Positions 48,401 through 55,564 are shown, counted from the first letter of the stretch. The stretch: 64,000 bases of DNA from an uncultured Bacilli bacterium (GCA_934120635.1 CAKOUR010000009.1:15406-79405); one strand, 5' to 3'. Made by a program: numbers and translations. The notes: generated by a model not told the origin, from the letters alone.

Positions 48401-50067
48401 GGATTACTAAGGGAAGTACTGATTTTATTACTGAAAAAGGGAAAGAATTAAAGGGAACAACAAGTTATAAAAGTGAAAATTCTTCGGTAATACCTAGTTT
48501 TATTTTCTATTTATATCATTCTAAAAATTTGAATGTTTCTTCTGATTTTGGGAGTGTAGTGATATCTTTAATGGTGTCTACTCCTATTGATGATTTGAAT
48601 AGTAAGATTCAGAGAATTAATATCCAGGTTAATATTAATTCGGCTTTATATGATGGAGATAATTATGAGGCGGCTATTGCTCCTGGATCACAATACAAGA
48701 TGTTTGCTAATAGTAATGTTAATGTTACAACTAAAAGTACTTTTAGTACATATTTTTCGTTATTTAAAGAAAGTGATAATAATTTATATAAGGATGGTTA
48801 TTATAGAAGTTTAGTTTCTAATTATGCTTTGCCTGTTAATACTAAAATTACTATGATCGATTTTGCTAGTAGTAGTAAGCCTGAATATTATTATTATGTA
48901 ATTAATGAAGAGGATTATTTAAATAGTTTGAATGAATTAAAGACAGAAGGTGAGATTGGTTATCCTTTTTCGAGATTTATTCGAATGGGTAGTCCTAGTG
49001 TTAATAATACTTATAATGATAGTGATGCTAATAGTAAGTATTATGATCAGAAAAAGAAGAAGGCTGAGGAGGAGTTTGTTTTTAATGTTGATTTGAAGGA
49101 AACTAATATTGATACTGATGTTTTAAAGAAGAATTTACTTATGGAATTGAGGGATAAGAATGATAATCCTGTTATTCCAGTTTTGGATATTGCTCAGAGA
49201 AAAATGTTTTATAATTTATATATAAATAAAGATGCTATTATTGATGCTGAGGCTACTTTGAGTAATGATACTATTTATGTTGGTACTTCTGTTGATTTGA
49301 ATGTTACTACTAATTTTATGCAGCAGAAGATTGGAGATATTAATGTTATTGATACAAATTTTTATGATCAAAAATTGGGTATTAAACTTTCTTTATATGA
49401 TAGTAATGATAATTTAGTTAATGGAGCAACTTTGCTTGGTACGAAGTTTATTTATGATAAGGTTAGTTATTTTCCTAGACAGGATGGTACAGTTAGGTTT
49501 AATATTGCTGAGTCGGTTGCTAATGTTTCTTCAAAGATTACGATTGATACTACTAATAGTAATATACCTAGTGGAGATTATCGTTTGAAGATAGAAACTT
49601 TTGGTTCTGCTGATGGTATTTATTATGGGCTTACTCCTTCTACTATGATTACTAAGGATATTGTTATTGTTAATGAATCGTTTGGTTTATCAGTAAAAAT
49701 GGATGATAATGCTTTGATAATTGATGCAAATAATAATTCAAATAGTAATAGAAGATTAGATTTTAATTTAGAATATTCTTCTAATTTAAAGAAGCCTAGT
49801 ATTAGGGTTAGTCTTTATAGAAGGACTTATAGTGATATTTATAAATATAGTTATTCTAAAGTAGATTTAGCAGATTATGTTACGAATAATTTGAATAAGA
49901 CTAATACTAATTTAGAATATTTAGTAATGGATAGTCCTAGTAATCGTTTTCAATATATTTTAAATATGAAAGATAATTTGAAAACAGGTACTTATCAAGT
50001 TAAATTTCTTTTATATGATAATAATACTTATGTTGGAGAGGTTATTAAATATATTATTATTAAGTAA
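42457..50067 (+). CDS. A11: 2,536-aa secreted beta-helix-repeat giant protein (putative adhesin) with SipW/TasA-class signal
   Basis: N-terminal ILITIILSVFVIASITTYSLTYSEYT. One Flg_new/Listeria-Bacteroides-repeat-like unit (PTNMGFNGWVTDY...ITFHASW). More than 25 [VILF][YF]GG[GSN] repeats. A long non-repetitive C-terminal region. Confidence 0.85.
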   Translation: MRYRNVKTSKILITIILSVFVIASITTYSLTYSEYTTTTTLSEVENASGIFDNTVVVDDSTSDYNYYMSLNYTENSSNTLPTGVNQNIYTKNNLVNVEITYDGSSIDDNSLVGYVSLSERQNIYKYYKMYPVVDGYVDIPLIENPFTDRPTNMGFNGWVTDYSGVILRYDDKFYERYARVPVNSIGDVKITFHASWVSANVGNITSSSNQWSSAFGSLNKKGMVQLGGSIPVYESVVGLYTKEHISGGSWWNRVYFPENSFDDSGKNIEGQQCRDWNGCDYYAKVLADVYNAGVTYYKLVNKRMQSYTPKITGYDELPGLEPGKVLASFYRKVKINRYEDISGYYNDDGVYQESGTCSSSSGCFYYELVQYYDNNGQVETVVDGESYYYLATRDTNIIVMKSNTSSVPSDSMVKPYTLTSVYNGVDYRNNVTWTVSNSAVYAYSDVNIENIRINSNALDDGKNNPTSSASSSRYFYGNYHNVRFGRGILRTGNYKNFYGILGGDNKYENLGNSGNVYKYSLIIESGFYNVLSLSNGSVYDNYSWNTSNKYIMNKSIYGNDYDRVKKDNDKFDVSFCAAASWGGGDYYSSSNIGYDLVVKSGSFGTKKVDYSAGLYMGGRGYGEHYTSKKTKIEGGWIYNLIGGPSVGSSRSNYNDIYLYMTGGEVDSIVGGAGLSTTYGNRVLAITGGVVNYHVFGGSNGYIGNSGDGKLTGSSFIYVGGNALIGNENNVNNNTKLWGAEAGSVFGIGNGNSSNDSIGTNDNSAIIIDGDAIVSGNVYGGGNYGATGINGTGNNYTHINLLGGLVKGNVYGGGNNNGAGSSSNFKVNIVLNGGVVEGSIYGGSRTKGTISGSVNLNLLSGHVKTSCYGGGEGGYVSSTNSGTFVTGNVDVVVGNTDADNKLLKIDNSIYGGSAFGTVNGSSNSSNISSYNTTLQVLSGTINNVYGGGEGNDTYTPYVLGNVNVDVYGGSINNVFGGSDQKGTPNGKVTVNIRGGKIVNTYAGGNKTEVGEPVINFYGGVTENGYGGGNQAKVNVSHVLLDGGKVNNLFGSSNLSGDVSTSNVVVSSGIGENIYGGNNIGGTTNISNVNINGGEINNVYGGGRETDISTSSNVNIMGSATNVFGGSDKSGNVKTSYINVNDGVVTNIYGGNNLGGKTNTSNVTVNGGIIGSLYGGGLEAFTTTSNLNVLYGKVDYLFGGGKSAGVNDTHLNLNKGYIKNTYGGSNVLGDVINTNIKNTNLELESNSDLYADVTFDKSTVNQTNNQNIKSSENIKVTLHNNSNVSYNDWDFYLITTDSVFDSNWSSTNIEEINGVFHANQVNQWYGTNALSSYSTLSFDFNIHSYVSYDDFFVIGYVLIGHTSNSDDVKTVYYNDLYVTNMYGGNNEGGVTTNSNIDLSSGIYGTVYGGGNKAVINKSNVNVVNATILNSIYGGGNAASVLTDTSLNVLDKTTVNGDVYGGGNDAIVDGDTNVKIVGASVLGNTYGGGNNGAVLGEANTRITSSTISNSAHAGGNGKTAVVVMGNKIDVEGKTLIKKHLFGGGNAAATGCDKEFTSSLELVSCDNVNQAYSYVNVAGASILGNVYGGANTSVVYGETFVNIGIDTLDKSNNYIKDDIDIKGTVFGGGEANASGSVDYDFKFISVTKGINIDINGLNHDVYLIEGSIFGSGNASSSGGYSYININNYGTFDNYKTNVSIQRSDVVTLNNSAIELLGATDRTNKYKNELFTFSRIKHLKLKNGSVLYLNKGTNLLERYSSLVDVDGKEKKVEVLIDLEEKKVTKNGDNRIYMLEGKNMNISDDESLATYGEVDGMTFFGMFTKDRTGKIATALYSKEYSYGDQVSSSELYHFSSGSYVMGQHKEKHDYKKDGFYTNYPDDGNVLKQDYIEPTPNDTIYYRWVVGEAVDVIEISLTASKYSTLGTYELQLLNYYQPNTEFHILGVNFDNLSNNIELLASDDIPRYANNVEDANRDFGLSIKTGTNGWITKGSTDFITEKGKELKGTTSYKSENSSVIPSFIFYLYHSKNLNVSSDFGSVVISLMVSTPIDDLNSKIQRINIQVNINSALYDGDNYEAAIAPGSQYKMFANSNVNVTTKSTFSTYFSLFKESDNNLYKDGYYRSLVSNYALPVNTKITMIDFASSSKPEYYYYVINEEDYLNSLNELKTEGEIGYPFSRFIRMGSPSVNNTYNDSDANSKYYDQKKKKAEEEFVFNVDLKETNIDTDVLKKNLLMELRDKNDNPVIPVLDIAQRKMFYNLYINKDAIIDAEATLSNDTIYVGTSVDLNVTTNFMQQKIGDINVIDTNFYDQKLGIKLSLYDSNDNLVNGATLLGTKFIYDKVSYFPRQDGTVRFNIAESVANVSSKITIDTTNSNIPSGDYRLKIETFGSADGIYYGLTPSTMITKDIVIVNESFGLSVKMDDNALIIDANNNSNSNRRLDFNLEYSSNLKKPSIRVSLYRRTYSDIYKYSYSKVDLADYVTNNLNKTNTNLEYLVMDSPSNRFQYILNMKDNLKTGTYQVKFLLYDNNTYVGEVIKYIIIK
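44400..47500 (+). repeat. degenerate coding repeats (Gly/Asn-rich [VIL][YF]GG[GSN]N units every 20-35 codons) inside A11
   Basis: Examples: VYGGGNYGATG, VYGGGNNNGAG, IYGGNNIGG, VYGGGRETD, VFGGSDKSG, IYGGNNLGG, VYGGGNKAV, IYGGGNAAS, VYGGGNDAI, TYGGGNNGA, LFGGGNAAA. Confidence 0.7.
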
Positions 50068-50071
50068 GTTT

Positions 50072-50106
50072 AAAAAAAGTAGACAGACTATGTTTACTTT
50101 TTTTGT
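50072..50106 (+). terminator. rho-independent terminator after A11
   Basis: 14-bp stem AAAAAAAGTAGACA / TGTTTACTTTTTTT (one G-U pair), 5-nt loop GACTA, T-run. Confidence 0.8.
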
Positions 50107-50279
50107 TAAAAATGAATTAAAAGAGATTTGAACATTTATTATATTGTTTAGTAATTTTATATTGTGGAATAAGTTAATTTATTATATTGGTGATTATTAT
50201 TTTTGGAATAATCTCTATTAAGTACTTTTCATTTTGAAAAAAATTCGCTATAATGAAGTAAATAGAAGATGGTGATAGG

Positions 50280-50399
50280 ATGGATAAAGTGAAGGAATTA
50301 TCTCATGAGGAGCTATTGGAAGTATATAGTAAAATAGATGAAATAATAACTTATCTTGAAAAAGAGAAACAAAGTATGGAGGATAAAGATGGTGAATGA
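50280..50399 (+). CDS. B0: possible 39-aa acidic coiled-coil ORF overlapping the B1 start
   Basis: ATG at 50280 after GGTGATAGG. Translates to MDKVKELSHEELLEVYSKIDEIITYLEKEKQSMEDKDGE. The stop TGA (50397-50399) overlaps the B1 start in ATGGTGAATGA. It falls below the ORF-track length cutoff. Confidence 0.3.
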   Translation: MDKVKELSHEELLEVYSKIDEIITYLEKEKQSMEDKDGE

Positions 50400-51882
50400 T
50401 TTAAAGGATGAGTTTGTTTCTTTAGTAGAAGTATTGGAAATAATGCCTAAGAATAATAAGAAAAATAGAGTTAAGTATTTTGAGTATATTGATGATAAAA
50501 TAGATATTTATATGAAAAAGAAAGAAATTGTTTTAGATGAAATAAAGAGAAGATATTGTGATTTATATGAGGAGTCTTCTTCTTTTGATGATTTTGAATT
50601 GTTGGAGTTAAAGGATTCTATAAAGAAAAAGAATATTTTTAATACTTCTTATGAAAAGTCTGGGTTAGATTTTTGTGTTTATGAGATTATTCATTTTTAT
50701 AAGGATGATTTTGATAATTTGAATCAGGATATTGAAAATGCGATTAAGATATTTGAGAATGTAGGATTAAGGTTAAGTTGGAAAGATTTTTATTATAATC
50801 CTTATGTTACTGTTTATATGGAGGCTTTTTTTCAAAATAGGGATAATTTGTCTTTTGATGATTTAAAGAAATGTTTTGATTTGGTTTATTGGAAATGTCC
50901 AAATATTATTTTTTATATTGGTCTTAATTTTAAGTATTTATATTATCGCTATTATAAGAAGTTTGATAGGTGTTATTTATCTTCTGGTGATGAGGAGTAT
51001 AGTTCTATTAAAAAGAAATATTTTGATTGTTATGTTGAATTAATGAATAAAAAAAATAATAGTAGAGGGAATTTAATTCAATTATTTTTTAGTGGGAGCT
51101 ATTCTATTGGTGAATATAATAATGAGAAGAGAGATAGTTATCGAAATAATATTAGTGATTATTGTATTGATAATGGTGTTATAGATAGTTTTTATAGTTG
51201 TTTAAAGGAGTATAAATTTTATTTAGATTATCAATTTTTAATTGATCATTTTAAATCTATTTATTTAGAAAAAGATAAATATAAAGATTGCTATAAGAAG
51301 CTTCTTAAAGAGATTAAGAAGGATGAGAAGAAGTTATTTTTAAAGGTTAAGAAGTATCATTTTTTACTAAAATGGAAGAAGGATGAGAAGGCTTTGATAT
51401 TACTTCTTGATATTAATAATTTGTTAGATAGTTTAAAGGATAAGTATTCTTTGCTTGAAGTTAATAAAGTTAGAGAGAAGATTTCTTTTATGAATGATAA
51501 TGTTAGTTATTATTGTATTTTTGATTTTTTATTGGGATATTTTACTTATTTAAGGACTTTATTTGAAGAGAGATATCCAGACTATTCTTTTGATGAAATA
51601 ACGAGGGCTATTGATGATTTTTATGATAGGTTTATTTCTCTATCGTATCAAGTTATTAATCATATAATGGTTAAGGAAGATGTTAATATTCCTCAAATAA
51701 TAGCAGATCATTATAGACTTCTTAATTTGAAGGTTATAGATTCTTCTATTGCTTCTGATTTGGATGCTGTTATGGATAATGTTTTTAAGTTAAAGGTAAT
51801 TGATTTGATGGATAAATTGCATTTGAGTTATGATGATATGTTATTTCTATGTAATGTTAAGAAACTTGGAATTGTCAAGTAA
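50389..51882 (+). CDS. B1: 497-aa cytoplasmic protein of unknown function
   Basis: Long ORF. The ATG at 50389 lies 6 nt after GGAGGA; the track start at 50356 is TTG. Predicted helical, Tyr/Asp/Lys-rich, with no TM segment and no recognised motif. Confidence 0.6.
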   Translation: MVNDLKDEFVSLVEVLEIMPKNNKKNRVKYFEYIDDKIDIYMKKKEIVLDEIKRRYCDLYEESSSFDDFELLELKDSIKKKNIFNTSYEKSGLDFCVYEIIHFYKDDFDNLNQDIENAIKIFENVGLRLSWKDFYYNPYVTVYMEAFFQNRDNLSFDDLKKCFDLVYWKCPNIIFYIGLNFKYLYYRYYKKFDRCYLSSGDEEYSSIKKKYFDCYVELMNKKNNSRGNLIQLFFSGSYSIGEYNNEKRDSYRNNISDYCIDNGVIDSFYSCLKEYKFYLDYQFLIDHFKSIYLEKDKYKDCYKKLLKEIKKDEKKLFLKVKKYHFLLKWKKDEKALILLLDINNLLDSLKDKYSLLEVNKVREKISFMNDNVSYYCIFDFLLGYFTYLRTLFEERYPDYSFDEITRAIDDFYDRFISLSYQVINHIMVKEDVNIPQIIADHYRLLNLKVIDSSIASDLDAVMDNVFKLKVIDLMDKLHLSYDDMLFLCNVKKLGIVK

Positions 51883-51929
51883 ATAAAACTATGTTATACT
51901 AAATTTAAATAGAAGGTGGGATTTATTTT

Positions 51930-52466
51930 ATGAAAAAATTTTTAAAGATAATTGGTGGAATTATTTTAATTCCATATTTGTTTGTTGTAATTATTATGAC
52001 TGTTTGTTTAATTAATTATAATAAGTATGGTGTTACAGAGATATTTGATAAGACATTTGTTATTGTGTCTGATGATTCTTTAAAACCTCTTTATCAAAAG
52101 GGAGATTTGCTTATTGTTACTAATAAGGGGAATGATGATATTGCTTCTGGTGATCAGATATTTTTTTATGAACAAAATAAGGAGAAGAAAAGGGTTGTTA
52201 TTAATTTAGCTAAGGTTGTATCTAAGAGAAAGATTACAAATGTAGAAACTACTTTTGAGATAGATGGTGGGTATGAATATTCTAGTGAATATGTTATTGG
52301 TTCTGCTAAAAATACGGTTGTTTATCATAAATTAGGTAGTGTTTTAAAGATTTTATCTTCAAGATGGATTTTCTTATTTGTTATTATTTTACCTATTTTA
52401 TTTATCTTTTTATATGAGTTATATGAATTTATTCTTGAGGTTAAGCGTAATTTAAAAGAGGTTTAG
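51930..52466 (+). CDS. B2: signal-peptidase-I-like membrane protein lacking the catalytic His (pseudo-peptidase; paralogue of A1)
   Basis: N- and C-terminal TM segments. VSDDSLKPLYQKGDLLIV aligns with SGSMEP...DLVIV of B4. INLAKVV replaces THRV. Confidence 0.6.
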   Translation: MKKFLKIIGGIILIPYLFVVIIMTVCLINYNKYGVTEIFDKTFVIVSDDSLKPLYQKGDLLIVTNKGNDDIASGDQIFFYEQNKEKKRVVINLAKVVSKRKITNVETTFEIDGGYEYSSEYVIGSAKNTVVYHKLGSVLKILSSRWIFLFVIILPILFIFLYELYEFILEVKRNLKEV

Positions 52467-53060
52467 ATGAAGAAGTATTTTTATTCTTTATTGACTATTT
52501 TGTGCTTTTCTTTTCTTTTATGTCAAATTGTTAAGACTTATTCTTTGTTTGAATCAAATATTGATAATGAGGTTGGTGTTTCTGTTGCTTCTTGGAAGAT
52601 TAAGGTTGGGGATACTTATATTACTTCACTTTCTAATGATGATGAGTCTTTTGATTTGGGTTCTATTAAATGGGAGAGTGCTAGTCATGTTAGAGATGGT
52701 AGTGGAGCCCCTGGTTCTAAGGGAAGTTTTGATATTATTATTAATCCATTAACAACTGATACTTCTTTTTTGTATGAAATTTTTATTGATAAGGATAAGA
52801 TGAATAATTCAATGATTGAGATTACTTCTGTTAGAGAAGTTGGTGGACATGAGTTTTTTAATTATTCAGATAATACTTATCGGGGAATTGCTTTATTGAA
52901 GGATATTAAAAATAAAGTTACTTATGATATTCGTGTTGATTTGGTTTGGAAAGATAATGGAGATAATAATTCTTCTGATTATGCTTTGGGAACTTTAGCG
53001 AGTAAACGAGTTAATTTACCTATAAAGGTAATGGTTCGTCAATATGATGGTAAAGAGTGA
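52467..53060 (+). CDS. B3: small TasA/camelysin-like secreted protein (class 'AxWK')
   Basis: Signal core followed by VKTYSLFESNID, then GVSVASWKIKVG. The start abuts the B2 stop. Confidence 0.6.
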   Translation: MKKYFYSLLTILCFSFLLCQIVKTYSLFESNIDNEVGVSVASWKIKVGDTYITSLSNDDESFDLGSIKWESASHVRDGSGAPGSKGSFDIIINPLTTDTSFLYEIFIDKDKMNNSMIEITSVREVGGHEFFNYSDNTYRGIALLKDIKNKVTYDIRVDLVWKDNGDNNSSDYALGTLASKRVNLPIKVMVRQYDGKE

Positions 53061-53644
53061 TTAGTGTGAAATATATAGATAAGATTGGTAATGTTATTAC
53101 TTATATTTTAATTGGTTTGGTTAGTTTTGTTGCTGTTTTTATGGTTTATAGTTATATTTGTCTTAATTTATTAGGAAAAGATTATGTTAGTATTTTGGGA
53201 TATACTTATTTTGAGGTTGCTAGTGGTTCTATGGAACCTGCTATTTCTAAGGATGATTTAGTTATTGTTAAGATTGGTAGTGATTATAAAGAAAGGGATA
53301 TTGTTACTTTTTCTTTAAATAATGAATTTATTACACATAGGGTAGTTCAAATTGATAGTAAGACTATTACTACTAAGGGTGATTATAATAATAGTAGGGA
53401 TGCTAAAGTTAGAAAAGATAATGTGTTAGGTAAGGTAGTTATGATTGTTCCAAAGTTTGGAATTTGGAAGAGGGTTTTAATGACTCCAAAGGTTTTTTCT
53501 TTGTTGTTTGTTACTTTAGTTTTATTTAGTTTTACTTTTTCTTATAATAATAGGAGTAAAAGAAAGAGGATTAAGCAAAAGATTTTAAAAAAGCAAAAAG
53601 AGGATTTGCTTGATTTGGGAGATATTCCTATAAAGAAGAAATAG
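53057..53644 (+). CDS. sipW: B4: signal peptidase I, SipW/archaeal-ER type (canonical motifs)
   Basis: ASGSMEPAISKDDLVIV, FITHRVVQID and TKGDYNNSRD, with TM segments at both ends. It overlaps the B3 stop (GTGA). Confidence 0.85.
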   Translation: MISVKYIDKIGNVITYILIGLVSFVAVFMVYSYICLNLLGKDYVSILGYTYFEVASGSMEPAISKDDLVIVKIGSDYKERDIVTFSLNNEFITHRVVQIDSKTITTKGDYNNSRDAKVRKDNVLGKVVMIVPKFGIWKRVLMTPKVFSLLFVTLVLFSFTFSYNNRSKRKRIKQKILKKQKEDLLDLGDIPIKKK

Positions 53645-53656
53645 GGAGGGATTTTT

Positions 53657-54241
53657 ATGTTTAGTAAGAGGAAATTTCTTCTTATTTCCAAAATAAATGT
53701 ATTATTTTTAATTTTATTAATTTTAATTAAATTTTTGCCTGTTACTTTTTCTAGATATCAGTCTTCTGGAATTGGAAATGTTAATTCAAATATTGCTTTT
53801 TATTTACTTGATGTTGGTCAAATGAATAAGACTATTAAGATTAGTGATTTGATTCCTAGTGATTCTGGATATGTTTATCATTTTACTATTTCTAATGTTA
53901 AGGATAATCGAGTTAGTGATGTTGATTTGGAATATATTTTGAAGATTAGGACGACGACTAATTTGCCGATTCGTTATGAACTTTTTTTGAATAGTGATTA
54001 TCAGGATGGTAATAGTGTTAATTTGATTAATAATGATAATACAAAGGTAGAGAAGGATTTGGATGGAACTTATTTTCAAGAATTTACTTTTGATAAGGTG
54101 GAGTTATTTTATAAAACTCCTAAAGTGAATACTTATACTTTAGTTGTTTATTTAGATAAAAATGAAGAAGACTTTGTTTATCAAGGGGCTGTTGAACTTA
54201 TAGAACTTAGTGTTGATTCTAGTCAGGTGACTGTAAATTAA
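53657..54241 (+). CDS. B5: secreted protein with SipW/TasA-class signal (class 'FY..D', paralogue of A2)
   Basis: Signal core followed by PVTFSRYQSSG, then NIAFYLLDVG. The rest is beta-rich. Confidence 0.6.
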   Translation: MFSKRKFLLISKINVLFLILLILIKFLPVTFSRYQSSGIGNVNSNIAFYLLDVGQMNKTIKISDLIPSDSGYVYHFTISNVKDNRVSDVDLEYILKIRTTTNLPIRYELFLNSDYQDGNSVNLINNDNTKVEKDLDGTYFQEFTFDKVELFYKTPKVNTYTLVVYLDKNEEDFVYQGAVELIELSVDSSQVTVN

Positions 54242-54255
54242 TTTGAAAAAATATG

Positions 54256-54296
54256 TTGCAATTTGTCGAAAGATATGATATCATAAATTTATGATA
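54256..54296 (+). promoter_or_regulatory. promoter of B6 overlapped by a 16-bp perfect palindrome (candidate operator)
   Basis: TTGCAA (54256-54261), 17-nt spacer, TGaTATCAT (54276-54284). ATCATAAATTTATGAT (54280-54295) is a perfect palindrome. TATGATAT occurs twice (54274-54281 and 54289-54296). Confidence 0.5.
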
Positions 54297-54355
54297 TGGA
54301 TAGGTAGAAGATACTACTTATTTTAGAGTCAAATATGAATAAAAGGAGTAGAAAA

Positions 54356-55510
54356 ATGGATGAGAAAGAATTACGTGAACAAGAAGTAATTAATAATCAA
54401 AAAGAAGAAAAGAAGGAGAATAAGAGAAGTAAAAAAAGACTATTTTTATTACTTTTGTTATTAATTGTAACTGGTGTAATGCTTAGTACATCAACCTATG
54501 CATGGTTTACTTCTAATAGAACTGTTACTGTTGAGGATATTAATGTTAATGTTGCTGCTAGTGGTGGTATTCAGGTATCTGTTGATGGTACTAGTTGGAA
54601 GTCAATTATTACAAATGATGATTTAAAGAATGCGAATGTGACATATAAGGCTGCTACTAATCAGATACCTAGTGTTTTAAAACCTGTATCAACAGCGGCT
54701 AAATCATTAAATGGTGATGGTTATTTAAGCATGTGGTTAGGAACTGTTGAAACAAGTAATACTACTACTAATAAAGGACAATATATTTTAACTTCAAAGG
54801 ATGTTAGTGCTGTTAAAGATAATTCAGCAGCAGATGCTGGTACTGATGCTGGTAGTAACGGACATTTTGTTATGTTTGATTTATTTGTTCGTTTAGATGA
54901 TAATGGTCAGGATAAGAAACCATTATATTTAACTAAAACTTCTAATGTTACATTTAAATCTGGTGGAACTGATTTAGGTACACAAAATGCTGCTAGAGTT
55001 GCTTTTATTAATGAAGGAGAGACTGCTGCTGGTTCTGAAGTGGCAACTATTCAAGCTTTAAAAACAACAGACGTATCTAAAATTTATTTGTGGGAACCTA
55101 ATTATGATGCTCATACTAATACTGGTATTTCTAATGCATTATCGTTCTATAATAGTACTAATAGTGGAGATGCTTATAATAAGGCTAATGCAAAAGAATC
55201 TGTTCCATATTTTGGAACAATAGCAGAGGTTACTACTGAAAATGATGTTCTTTTAAGTAAAGCAAATGCTACTGATAATGCTACACAATTTGCTGCTGTT
55301 ACACCTAATATTACAACTAAATCTACTTGGGGAACAGAAGCTGTTAATTATGAGAAATTATTTGATTTATCTCCTAATAAGATTGCTAAAGTTAGAATTT
55401 ATTTCTGGGTTGAAGGTCAAGATATTGATTGTGAAAATAATGCATCAGGTGGAGATATTACTTTAAAACTTCAATTTAGTTTAAATGATAAAGATGGTGC
55501 TGCAGCTTAA
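54356..55510 (+). CDS. B6: large secreted subunit-like protein with SipW/TasA-class signal (paralogue of A10)
   Basis: LSTSTYAWFTSNRTV after the hydrophobic core, and C-terminal YFWVEGQDIDCENNASGGDITLKLQFS. The start is moved to the ATG at 54356, 7 nt after AAGGAG. Ala/Thr-rich. Confidence 0.7.
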   Translation: MDEKELREQEVINNQKEEKKENKRSKKRLFLLLLLLIVTGVMLSTSTYAWFTSNRTVTVEDINVNVAASGGIQVSVDGTSWKSIITNDDLKNANVTYKAATNQIPSVLKPVSTAAKSLNGDGYLSMWLGTVETSNTTTNKGQYILTSKDVSAVKDNSAADAGTDAGSNGHFVMFDLFVRLDDNGQDKKPLYLTKTSNVTFKSGGTDLGTQNAARVAFINEGETAAGSEVATIQALKTTDVSKIYLWEPNYDAHTNTGISNALSFYNSTNSGDAYNKANAKESVPYFGTIAEVTTENDVLLSKANATDNATQFAAVTPNITTKSTWGTEAVNYEKLFDLSPNKIAKVRIYFWVEGQDIDCENNASGGDITLKLQFSLNDKDGAAA

Positions 55511-55529
55511 TATTTAATTTATTGATATA

Positions 55530-55564
55530 GAAAATTTTCAACATGTTGTTGAGAATTTTTTTGT
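55530..55564 (+). terminator. rho-independent terminator after B6
   Basis: AAAATTTTCAACA / TGTTGAGAATTTT stem (one G-U pair), 3-nt loop, T-run. Confidence 0.75.

Noticed and set aside
42457-50067. The giant protein as an RHS/polymorphic toxin or a non-ribosomal synthetase-like enzyme
   Set aside because: It has no YD/RHS repeats, no recognisable C-terminal toxin or immunity pair, and no adenylation or condensation motifs. The repeats are Gly/Asn-rich beta-helix-like units typical of adhesins.
39007-55510. TasA/camelysin-like proteins as metalloproteases (the family is historically named Peptidase M73)
   Set aside because: I found no HExxH or other zinc-protease motif in A2, A7, A8, A10, B3, B5 or B6. 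A structural or fibre role is the more defensible reading.
33328-55510. The locus as a type IV pilus or competence-pilus system
   Set aside because: The N-terminal motif is [ST][YF][AS]x[FY], not the class III G/FTLxE prepilin site. There is no PilB/PilT-type ATPase, no PilC platform and no PilD-type aspartic peptidase. The peptidases are S26/SipW-type.
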